DNA of 20,000 nucleotides from sequence record SRR2962707_2080; one strand, 5' to 3'. The notes under the pieces are model-generated. The model did not search any database. It worked only from the letters and a program-made list of their open reading frames with translations, and was not told the origin of the DNA. A program made the position numbers and the translations under genes. Below, piece after piece: positions 1-8,367 of the stretch; within the stretch, counting starts at the first letter, position 1; every line of letters begins with the position of its first letter.

Positions 1-2753
1 ACACCAAAACGGCCTGACGCAATTTGCTTGATCTTAGAACGACGTTCAGTGCCATGACGCGCTGGGTCTTCACCACCTTCACCTGAGTTAGAGCGACAGC
101 CTAATTCGTTCATCGCTTGCGCAAGTGATTCGTGCGCCTCTGGAGACAAGGCCCCAAGCGACATACCGGCAGAATCAAAGCGAGGTAGAATCTCTTCTAG
201 TGACTCAACATCGTCGATAGGAATCGCTTTGGCTTTATCTGACAAAGTAAACAAGTCACGCAACATTGACGCTGGGCGGTTATTTACCAACTCAGTGTAA
301 GCGGTGAAATCTTCAAAACGACCACTGCCTACCGCAGTTTGCAGATTGCGCACCACGTCTGGGTTAAAAGCGTGATATTCCGCATCATGGACGTATTTAA
401 GATAGCCGCCCTGCTGAATAGGTTTACGCAGTTTCCAAGCATTGTTGGCGACCGTCACTTGCTCGCGCTGGAAATCTTCAAAACGCGCGCCTTTAATGCG
501 GCTTGGTACGCCTTTGAAACAAAGGTCCACCACTTTAGTGTCCAAACCAACCGCTTCGAATAATTGCGCGCCGCGGTAAGAAGCAATGGTAGAAATCCCC
601 ATTTTAGACAGGATTTTCATCATGCCTTTGTTAATGCCTTTACGGTATTTAACGTGACAAGCAATTGGGTCACCCAACACTTCGCCTTTATCCACCATGT
701 CATTGATCAAACGGTAAGATAAGTACGGATACACCGCCGTAGCACCAAAACCTAACAAGACCGCAAACTGGTGAGGATCACGCGCAAAGCCAGTGTCTGC
801 AATGATGTTCGAATCACAACGCAAACCGACAGCGGTTAGATGGTGATGCACCGCACCGACCGCCATTGGCGCCGGAATAGGCAAATAGCCTTTTTCGATA
901 TCACGATCGGTTAACACCACAATCACAGCACCATTACGAACGACTTCTTCAGCACTGATGCATAGGTTTTTAATCGATTGCTCTAAAGAGACTTCATCTG
1001 GGTTGTAGTTGGTGTTCAAACGAACCAAGCGGAAACGATGGTCATTCAAGGCCAATAATCGGCTGTATTTGCGTGGTGACAACACAGGCGAGGACAAAAT
1101 GATTCGATTCGCATGCTTCGGCGTTTCTTCAAACAAATTACGCTCAACACCGATGCAGGTTTCTAACGACATCACCACAGATTCACGTAATGGATCGATA
1201 GGTGGATTCGTTACCTGAGCGAATTTTTGACGGAAATAATCCGTCACTGGACGAGTTTGACTCGACATCACGGCCATTGGCGTATCATCGCCCATAGAGC
1301 CTACGGCTTCATGACCGCTCTCTGCCAACGGACGGAAAATCTGTTCACGCTCTTCAAAAGACACTTGGAACATCTTCTGATACGTCAGCATTTCTTCTGC
1401 GGTGAAAGGTTCGAACTCAAGAGACGATTCTTCTAATAATGACTCAATGCGAATGGCTTCTTGCTTCAACCATTTTTTGTATGGGTGCGCCGCTTTCAAT
1501 CGATTGTCAATGTCATTGGTATGCAGTACTTGGCCGGTTTGAGTATCAACCACAAGCATTTGACCAGGACCTACACGTCCTTTCGATACCACATCTTCTG
1601 GCTTGTAATCATAGGTGCCAATTTCGGATGCCAAGGTAATGAATCCGTTTTTGGTGATCACCCAGCGAGACGGACGCAGACCATTACGATCCAGCATACA
1701 AATCGCATGGCGACCATCGGTCATCACAAGACCCGCTGGGCCATCCCAAGGATCCATGTGCATTGAGTTGTACTGGTAGAAAGCACGTAACTCAGGATCC
1801 ATGTTCTCAACGTTTTGCCACGCCGGTGGAATAATCAAACGTGCCGCACGGAAAATATCCACGCCGCCCGTCACCAAGACTTCTAGCATGTTGTCCATGG
1901 AAGACGAGTCAGAACCCGTTAAGTTAACCAATGGCTGCAAGTCTTGCAGTTCTGGGATCAATGGTGAACGCAGTTTACTACCACGCGCCAACGCCCAATT
2001 ACGGTTGCCTTCAATGGTGTTGATTTCACCATTGTGCGCCAACATACGGAACGGTTGCGCCAACGGCCATTTCGGCAAGGTGTTAGTAGAAAAACGTTGG
2101 TGGAAAACACAGATCGCCGTTTGTAGCGCTTCGTTGCCAAGATCTTTGTAAAACACAGGAAGATCAGCAGGCATCATTAAGCCTTTGTAAGACAAAACCT
2201 TGTCAGACAAAGAACAAATGTAGAAATTTTCGAAATGTGATAATTCGATTTCAGTTTGACGACGAGCAACAAACAGACGCGTTGAGAAAGTACGGGCGTC
2301 CATACGGTTACTATCAACAAACACTTGCTCGATACGCGGTAAACATTCTTCTGCAATGCGACCAAGACAAGAAGCGTCCATTGGCACTTCACGCCAACCA
2401 ACGACATTAAGACCTTGTTCTTGTAACTGCTTCGTCAAGACGCCACGCTGCTCTGCAGCGGATGTTTCATCTTGATCCAAAAAGACCATGCCGATGCCAT
2501 AAAGGTCGGACAGTGTGTGACTAAATAAAGATTCGGCTTCGCCGCGTAGAAAGGTATCCGGCTTTTGAATAAGAAGACCACAGCCATCGCCAGTTTTGCC
2601 ATCGGCAGCGATGCCTCCACGGTGTGTCATACATGTCAAAGACTCAATGGCTGTTTTCAATAACTCATGGCTTGCATTGCCTTCCATGTGCGCAATTAAG
2701 CCAAAGCCACAGTTGTCTTTGAATTCGCCAGGACGATAAAGACCTGCATTCAT
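1..2753 (-). CDS. gltB: Glutamate synthase large (alpha) subunit, 5' part; runs off the left edge of the window
   Basis: Absent from the ORF track because the stop lies outside the window. Manual translation from ATG 2753 gives [18 protein letters not shown] (short propeptide, then the catalytic Cys of the Ntn amidotransferase domain). Near 2020-2110 it reads [29 protein letters not shown], and at the left edge SNSGEGGED...[11 protein letters not shown]. All three segments are in the same frame. SD GGGAG at 2761-2765. Confidence 0.98.
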   Translation of the reverse strand, partial: MNAGLYRPGEFKDNCGFGLIAHMEGNASHELLKTAIESLTCMTHRGGIAADGKTGDGCGLLIQKPDTFLRGEAESLFSHTLSDLYGIGMVFLDQDETSAAEQRGVLTKQLQEQGLNVVGWREVPMDASCLGRIAEECLPRIEQVFVDSNRMDARTFSTRLFVARRQTEIELSHFENFYICSLSDKVLSYKGLMMPADLPVFYKDLGNEALQTAICVFHQRFSTNTLPKWPLAQPFRMLAHNGEINTIEGNRNWALARGSKLRSPLIPELQDLQPLVNLTGSDSSSMDNMLEVLVTGGVDIFRAARLIIPPAWQNVENMDPELRAFYQYNSMHMDPWDGPAGLVMTDGRHAICMLDRNGLRPSRWVITKNGFITLASEIGTYDYKPEDVVSKGRVGPGQMLVVDTQTGQVLHTNDIDNRLKAAHPYKKWLKQEAIRIESLLEESSLEFEPFTAEEMLTYQKMFQVSFEEREQIFRPLAESGHEAVGSMGDDTPMAVMSSQTRPVTDYFRQKFAQVTNPPIDPLRESVVMSLETCIGVERNLFEETPKHANRIILSSPVLSPRKYSRLLALNDHRFRLVRLNTNYNPDEVSLEQSIKNLCISAEEVVRNGAVIVVLTDRDIEKGYLPIPAPMAVGAVHHHLTAVGLRCDSNIIADTGFARDPHQFAVLLGFGATAVYPYLSYRLINDMVDKGEVLGDPIACHVKYRKGINKGMMKILSKMGISTIASYRGAQLFEAVGLDTKVVDLCFKGVPSRIKGARFEDFQREQVTVANNAWKLRKPIQQGGYLKYVHDAEYHAFNPDVVRNLQTAVGSGRFEDFTAYTELVNNRPASMLRDLFTLSDKAKAIPIDDVESLEEILPRFDSAGMSLGALSPEAHESLAQAMNELGCRSNSGEGGEDPARHGTERRSKIKQIASGRFG

Positions 2754-2893
2754 ACACCAACTCCCACAGTTGAAACGTAAAGATATCAAATAGATCAGAA
2801 AATACTTTCTTGGTGATCAGGCTCGTAGAAAGTCGATCAATTGACTTTGAGAATGATTATTATCTGCCTTGTCAACCACCAAAAAGGAAAATG

Positions 2894-2922
2894 ATCTTAC
2901 CTCGCAGCGTGCGACTACTCAA
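2894..2922 (-). promoter_or_regulatory. Putative sigma70 promoter of gltB
   Basis: Minus strand TTGAGT (2922-2917), 17 bp spacer, TAAGAT (2899-2894). This would give a leader of about 135 nt. Confidence 0.5.
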
Positions 2923-3149
2923 ATCAAGCTAACTGGTTTTACCGTCATTTCGAGGGTTTTTCACGTGGGGTTCAGTGCAATTAAAGGCTTCTAGGAGAAT
3001 TATCTATGGTTGTGGATTTTCCAAACAGAAAATTCCACTGTGGATCTGTGTATTTCAGAGATAAATGGTTTTTTTATAAGAAAATGTCTTTTTTTGAAAA
3101 GAAATTAGTAGTGAAATCGTAAAAAACAGACTTCATACGTGATTTAAAA

Positions 3150-3186
3150 GCAAAAAAGCGAGTAAAAACAGTGCATACGCCTGTTT
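3150..3186 (-). terminator. Possible weak intrinsic terminator after the DamX-like gene
   Basis: Minus strand AAACAG-GC-GTAT-GC-A-CTGTTT hairpin followed by T-rich TTACTCGCTTTTTTG, just after the stop at 3195. Confidence 0.35.
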
Positions 3187-3194
3187 CCAGTGGA

Positions 3195-4754
3195 TTATTC
3201 TAGTTTTTGGATGTCTTGCTGAATACTACGAGCACTGCGCGCCCAAGGGTTCAAATTCTTCAAATCTCTAGGCAAAGATTCCACTGCCGCAATGGCTTCG
3301 CTGCGATTTCGATACATACCGTACACCACAACATACCAATCTCGCCCTTTGTGTTTTGACTTAAAGTAGCTAAACACACTGATGCTGCCCTGAGATTTAA
3401 TGAAGTCTTTCACCGTATCCAGATTATAAGTACCGAGTAGCTGCAAGGTATAACGACTTGGGCTTTGCGACAACCACCACTGTGTTTTATCAAATGGGTC
3501 GGCGGCTGGCGTTTTTTCAGTGACAGTCTGTTCCTTCTCAACCGGCATAGGCTGTAACACAACTTGAGGTCTGTCTTGGCTGAGGTTGGGGGTAATATCA
3601 ACTGGCGTATCTTGGCGGATAGGCGCAACCGGAGCGGCTGAAATAGCCGGCTTCACAGGGGCGATTGATGGCGCAAGAGTAGCGTCTTCTGTGTCGGTAG
3701 GAATAGGCGGCAAGCCAAGACTCGGTTCTGAACCTATTTTACGTTGCATGGCATCAATTCTCGCAATGGTAGCGGAAGAAGATTGCCCTGCTCGTACTTC
3801 GGTTTTAGGACTCAAAGGAATGACATTACTGGTGCGATCAGCCACTTGGCGTTCTGACTCATCTGGGTCGCTGAATAAAACCGCGATCAAAATACCCAGC
3901 ATGACAAAACACAGCAGCGCCATATGAACCAATGGAAAGCCCAACGCCAAATTGAAACGGCGACCAGGCTTAGCGCCTTTTGCGCCATTGCCCATCATCG
4001 ACTGCGCAATCTTATTAATGGCACCAGGGTAACCGCCTGACTCTTGATAGATCTGTTTAATCTGCTTGTCATTAAATGGCAGATTAATGCTCCCACCCAC
4101 CGTCCGAACACGATGCAATAAATAGGCTTTGGTTTGTTCTAGTGAATAAGGTGCAATGGTCAGCGTATGGCTAAGTTGCTCATAACGAGAACCTTGATAA
4201 GAATCGAGATTGCGTGACAATGGAAATTCTGTAAACAAGGCAACATGAGGAACGGATTGATTTTCGGTCGCCAGCGACATCATGTCTAACAACATGCTGA
4301 CCGCATCGGTATTCAACTCTTGCGCATTATCAATCAAGATTAATGCTTTTTGGCCTTGCGCCTCTAAATCATGAGAGAACTTCAGCAAAGGCCCAAACGT
4401 CGCTTCGTTCGGCGGCTCTCTTAACTGTGTTGAAAAACCGCTGTAAATGGCCTGCAGCAATTGCCCAGCCGTCATCAGCATACTGGCTTTTACTTGGCTA
4501 ATAATTGTCGAATCGTCTTGATGACGAGCAAACTCCATCATAAACCGACTTTTGCCGCTGCCTTGTGGGCCTTGTATGACGGACAATAAATTACTGTAAC
4601 GACTTAAATGCTCAAGCAGAGCCAGTTGCTGGTTACCTTCTTCTGAAGCAAAGTAAGCAGACATGTCTTTCGAGCCGAATGGGTCCCTCAGCGTCGCTTT
4701 AGGCGGCTGATTCAGTGCGCTTTCTAAGTCAAACTGAAAATTCGGTTCTGACAT
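3195..4754 (-). CDS. damX: DamX-like cell division protein: N-terminal ExeA/AAA-type P-loop domain, single TM helix, Pro-rich linker, C-terminal SPOR domain
   Basis: Walker A GPQGSGKS; Walker B-like ILIDNAQ; GYPGAIN motif; TM LVHMALLCFVMLGILIAVLF; SPOR YTLQLLG...WYVVVYGMY...PWARS. Lies directly downstream of aroK-aroB, the usual position of damX. Confidence 0.8.
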   Translation of the reverse strand: MSEPNFQFDLESALNQPPKATLRDPFGSKDMSAYFASEEGNQQLALLEHLSRYSNLLSVIQGPQGSGKSRFMMEFARHQDDSTIISQVKASMLMTAGQLLQAIYSGFSTQLREPPNEATFGPLLKFSHDLEAQGQKALILIDNAQELNTDAVSMLLDMMSLATENQSVPHVALFTEFPLSRNLDSYQGSRYEQLSHTLTIAPYSLEQTKAYLLHRVRTVGGSINLPFNDKQIKQIYQESGGYPGAINKIAQSMMGNGAKGAKPGRRFNLALGFPLVHMALLCFVMLGILIAVLFSDPDESERQVADRTSNVIPLSPKTEVRAGQSSSATIARIDAMQRKIGSEPSLGLPPIPTDTEDATLAPSIAPVKPAISAAPVAPIRQDTPVDITPNLSQDRPQVVLQPMPVEKEQTVTEKTPAADPFDKTQWWLSQSPSRYTLQLLGTYNLDTVKDFIKSQGSISVFSYFKSKHKGRDWYVVVYGMYRNRSEAIAAVESLPRDLKNLNPWARSARSIQQDIQKLE

Positions 4755-4783
4755 ACTGGCCCTTTAAGACGACAGAGATCTAA

Positions 4784-5887
4784 TTAAGAGGTTACTTGCT
4801 TACTCGCTTCCAATGCATCGATAATACAGTCATCAAAATCGCTCATTGAAAAGTCTGACGTAACAATGGCATCGCCAAGAGCATCGAGCAGCACTAAACG
4901 CAAACTACCATCAAGCACCTTTTTGTCTAAGATCATCAAATCTTTAAACACACTTAATGTCATCACCGCTGGCGGTAAAGTAGGTAGTTTAGCGGCACGG
5001 AATAACGCCACGCTGCGATTCACATCTTGCTCAGAAATATTCCCTAAGCGCCACGACAAATCAACAGCCAGCACACACCCTGCTGCGACGGCTTCACCAT
5101 GCAACCAATTACCATATCCCATGTGGGTTTCAATGGCATGACCAAAAGTATGGCCTAGGTTCAAAATGGCTCGAATGCCGCCTTCTCGTTCATCTTGTGC
5201 CACGACATTTGCCTTAGCAAAACAGGAACGATAAATTGCATCGCTGATTTTATCATTATCCAACGCCATTAAAGCGTCAATTTCTTGCTCTAACCAATCA
5301 AAAAATGAAGCATCGCAAATTAATCCATACTTGATGACTTCTGCCATGCCAGCGGACAATTCTTTTTCTGGCAAGGTTAATAGTGATTGCGTATCTATGA
5401 TGACGGCTTGAGGTTGATAAAACGCGCCTATCATGTTTTTACCCAGCGGATGATTCACGCCGGTTTTACCACCAACAGATGAATCCACTTGGGACAATAA
5501 TGTCGTCGGCACTTGAATAAAAGGCACGCCACGCTGATACGTCGCCGCCGCATAGCCCGCCATGTCACCCACCACTCCGCCACCTAAGGCAATAATCGTG
5601 GTAGTACGGTTATGCTTAGCTTCAAGTAGCGCGGTAATAATCTGGCCATAGGTATCCAGTGTTTTAAACGCTTCGCCATCAGGTAAAATGCAGGTGGCGA
5701 CTTGATATGACTCGCTCAGCATCGACACCATGGCATCCAGATACAAGGGAGCCACTGTGTCATTGGTAACAATCATGACTTGTTTGCCATGAATTGCTTG
5801 ATCAAAAAGATCCTTCTGTTGACGAATTCCGCTGCCTATATAAATAGGGTAGCTTCTCTCTCCTAACTCAACCGTTAACGTTCGCAT
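4784..5887 (-). CDS. aroB: 3-dehydroquinate synthase
   Basis: Motifs [67 protein letters not shown]; 367 aa. Confidence 0.99.
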   Translation of the reverse strand: MRTLTVELGERSYPIYIGSGIRQQKDLFDQAIHGKQVMIVTNDTVAPLYLDAMVSMLSESYQVATCILPDGEAFKTLDTYGQIITALLEAKHNRTTTIIALGGGVVGDMAGYAAATYQRGVPFIQVPTTLLSQVDSSVGGKTGVNHPLGKNMIGAFYQPQAVIIDTQSLLTLPEKELSAGMAEVIKYGLICDASFFDWLEQEIDALMALDNDKISDAIYRSCFAKANVVAQDEREGGIRAILNLGHTFGHAIETHMGYGNWLHGEAVAAGCVLAVDLSWRLGNISEQDVNRSVALFRAAKLPTLPPAVMTLSVFKDLMILDKKVLDGSLRLVLLDALGDAIVTSDFSMSDFDDCIIDALEASKQVTS

Positions 5888-6434
5888 TCTGTGCCTTGTT
5901 TTCTGATTTTAAATGACGTTTGATGGCCTCTAAAGCCTTATTAGCCACTGACTTAGGGTGCCGTGAATCGGTCTCAACAACCAAGGTAGCCACTTCGCGA
6001 TAGAGCGGGTCACGAACCTTAAAAAGCGCGTTCAATGTCGCTTTCGGATCGCTCGTCTGTAATAACGGTCGGTGGTTGCTTTTCGAGGTACGATGTAACT
6101 GTTGCGACACGGAAGCATAAAGGTAAACAACAAGCGCATCACTGTTACTCAGCAACTCGCGATTTTCTTCACGCATCACAATACCACCGCCCGTCGCAAG
6201 AACAACGCAGTCTTGGTTATGTAACATGCACTCTAAGGCGTGAGTCTCTCGTTTACGAAAGCCATCTTCACCTTCTTTTTCGAAAATCCAAGGAATATCA
6301 GCCCCGGCATTTTCTTCTATGATTCGGTCTGAATCATAGAATTCTCTGCCCAATGAGTGTGAAAGCAAGCGACCTATTGTCGTTTTTCCAGCACCCATCG
6401 GGCCCACTAAAATTATATTGGGAGCTTTTATCAT
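5868..6434 (-). CDS. aroK: Shikimate kinase
   Basis: Motifs [49 protein letters not shown] at 6434 is preferred over TTG at 6443. Overlaps the aroB start by 20 nt. Confidence 0.97.
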   Translation of the reverse strand: MIKAPNIILVGPMGAGKTTIGRLLSHSLGREFYDSDRIIEENAGADIPWIFEKEGEDGFRKRETHALECMLHNQDCVVLATGGGIVMREENRELLSNSDALVVYLYASVSQQLHRTSKSNHRPLLQTSDPKATLNALFKVRDPLYREVATLVVETDSRHPKSVANKALEAIKRHLKSENKAQNANVNG

Positions 6435-6476
6435 TGTATTCAATTACATCGGAATTAAGCAGATACAGGCTGCAGC

Positions 6477-7661
6477 CTAGTTAACTGACATTTGTAGCAG
6501 CTTTGGTGTAATAAATACAAGTAATTCAACCTTTTCTTGTTGTTCTGTTTGTCTTTTAAAGAATATGCCCAGAATAGGAATATCGCCTAAAACCGGAACC
6601 TTACTGGTTGTTTTAAAACGCTCTTCTCGAAAAATCCCACCTAAAACAAGCGTTTCTTGGTCGTTCACCACCACATGCGTTTTTAATCGATTGGTTTCCA
6701 AGCTAGGCACGCCATTCACCAATTCCCCGACTGAGTCTTGATGAATCGTTAATTCCAACAAGATACGCTTTCCTTCTTTTACAAACGGCCTCACCTCTAA
6801 CAACAAGGCCGCGTCGCGAAACTCAACATTAACCGTGTCATCGTCCACGGTTTGGTACGGTATTTCTGTACCCGATTCAATCCGAGCCAATTGGCCTTCT
6901 ACGGCAACAATTTTGGGCTTAGACAATACTTTCGCCATGCCTTCACTTTCTAACATGTCTAAAGTAAACGACAACAAGTTCAAGCCGCTGCTGCCAGACA
7001 CTGACAAACGGCTCGTTGCGGCTAATGCGCCAAGATCAATGGCGCCACCAATCGACGAGCGCACGCTGTTCGATAAGTTCGCCTGCCAATTCGCCCCAAA
7101 TTGCGATTGGGCTGAGGTGCTCACCTGAGCAATTTGCGCACTGATTTCAATTTGTCGTAACGGCACATCCAGCCAAGCTAATGTCTGAGCCAAACCTTCA
7201 ACCGGCTGGCAATAATAAGTAATCAGCGAGTTGGTTCGCTCATCCACGATCAAAGAGATGGTCGGGTACAACACACTTAAATGACCACCGACGGCTTTCG
7301 CTTTGGCATGGCGCAACATCCAATACGCTCGCTGGCAGTTGGCTTTCTCCTCTTTTTTCAGCGCAGGCATCAACACGGCCACAGCGCCTTGCCAAGTCAA
7401 ATCAATACTCGGATTTTGCGCGACGGCTTGCATCACTTCCCGCCAAGAAGCGTCTTTAATCGACAGGGTGAGTTGATCGTCTATGTCTGGGCTAATCACC
7501 AAGCTCTCCTGCATTTTCGACGCCAGCCAAGGCAACACTTCCTGTATTGAACGCGATTCAAAAAAGACATCCATCGCGAGCAGCCGTTGTGGCACCAAGA
7601 GCATCATCAGCGCTATGAATATCGGCCTTACCACCCCCTTTTCCAGTAATAAAGAGCACAT
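6477..7661 (-). CDS. pilQ: Type IV pilus/DNA-uptake secretin, short PilQ/HofQ/ComE-like form
   Basis: N0-like segment (LVISPDIDDQLTLSIKDASW), N-domain VDERTNSLI, secretin motifs SKPKIVAVEGQLARIESGTEIPY, ETLVLGGIF, KVPVLGDIPILGIFF, ELLVFITPK. SD AAGGAG 7 nt before ATG 7661. Canonical position upstream of aroK. Confidence 0.92.
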   Translation of the reverse strand: MCSLLLEKGVVRPIFIALMMLLVPQRLLAMDVFFESRSIQEVLPWLASKMQESLVISPDIDDQLTLSIKDASWREVMQAVAQNPSIDLTWQGAVAVLMPALKKEEKANCQRAYWMLRHAKAKAVGGHLSVLYPTISLIVDERTNSLITYYCQPVEGLAQTLAWLDVPLRQIEISAQIAQVSTSAQSQFGANWQANLSNSVRSSIGGAIDLGALAATSRLSVSGSSGLNLLSFTLDMLESEGMAKVLSKPKIVAVEGQLARIESGTEIPYQTVDDDTVNVEFRDAALLLEVRPFVKEGKRILLELTIHQDSVGELVNGVPSLETNRLKTHVVVNDQETLVLGGIFREERFKTTSKVPVLGDIPILGIFFKRQTEQQEKVELLVFITPKLLQMSVN

Positions 7662-7665
7662 ACAT

Positions 7666-8367
7666 TTACTCCTTCATGCCATTGAGGTTGCGAACGGGTA
7701 ATAGAAAGGCATCACCAGACGGTGCGACAAACGTCACTTGATCGGGCGAGACTCGCTGCACAGACAAACCCAAAGTCGGCAGCCAATCACCTTGTGCCAC
7801 CCAACGTTTGGCCGATTGATAAGACAACAAAGCAGACGCTTCTCCTTGAAACACGGCCACAGAGACCAATCGCCATTGCGCTAGAGCGCCAGACATAGCC
7901 ACCTGACGAGCCGGAAGCCAATCTTGCTGAGGCTGTGATTTATTCGGCCTTAACACATCAAACAGCAAGCGCCCCTGCCAATGACCGTCCATCGTCAATG
8001 TCCAGCTGGCACTCACTAACCCTATTGCCACTTTTTCTTGTATTTTTTCCTGCACCGCTTGCCAGTGACTCAACAACATTTTTCCACTGACCGCCCATTG
8101 CGTCACTTCGCCTTTCTCGGTGTTCACCACACGAGTCTGCAATGTCTCTGATGTGAAAGAATTAGACGCTAGCAACTTGGCTTGGCGCTGCCTAATCTGG
8201 GTGTGCCCATCCATTCGTGCCTGTTGCTTATTATCATGCTGAACGTCGCTTTGATGGTATTGCCATAATGGGTACCAAGCGGCGATTTGCAGCACAACTA
8301 ATAAGCACAACAAGGTTCGTGATGGCTGCGGCCACGCTTTAACGCGCAGAAACGAGAAGCTCCACAT
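7666..8367 (-). CDS. Membrane-anchored pilus alignment protein, probable PilO-like plus PilP/HofP-like
   Basis: 233 aa; SD GGAGGT; N-terminal TM (LLCLLVVLQIAAWYPLW); C-terminal QWRLVSV...ALL...RWVAQGDWL...VQRVSPDQVTF resembles the PilP/HofP/GspC-HR beta domain. Immediately upstream of the secretin. The ORF is solid; the family assignment is inferred. Confidence 0.55.
   Translation of the reverse strand: MWSFSFLRVKAWPQPSRTLLCLLVVLQIAAWYPLWQYHQSDVQHDNKQQARMDGHTQIRQRQAKLLASNSFTSETLQTRVVNTEKGEVTQWAVSGKMLLSHWQAVQEKIQEKVAIGLVSASWTLTMDGHWQGRLLFDVLRPNKSQPQQDWLPARQVAMSGALAQWRLVSVAVFQGEASALLSYQSAKRWVAQGDWLPTLGLSVQRVSPDQVTFVAPSGDAFLLPVRNLNGMKE

Noticed and set aside
339..2620. Short ORFs listed in the track across 339-2620 on both strands
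   Set aside because: All are antisense or off-frame shadows inside the continuous gltB reading frame, with no recognisable motifs.
2870..2875. Perfect TTGACA on the minus strand upstream of gltB
   Set aside because: There is no acceptable -10 hexamer at 16-18 bp spacing.
3011..3047. DnaA-box-like TGTGGATTT and TGTGGATCT in an AT-rich intergenic region, suggesting an origin or datA-like site
   Set aside because: Each has two mismatches to TGTGGATAA, there are only two copies, and the gene context is not that of oriC.
3006..3122. Interpreting the aromatic-rich small ORF as an attenuator leader peptide for aroK/aroB
   Set aside because: It is on the opposite strand and downstream of the aro genes, so it cannot act as their leader.
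6467..6478. 12-bp palindrome AGGCTGCAGCCT at the secretin stop codon
   Set aside because: It gives only a very short stem with no U-tract and occurs once, so no function can be supported.
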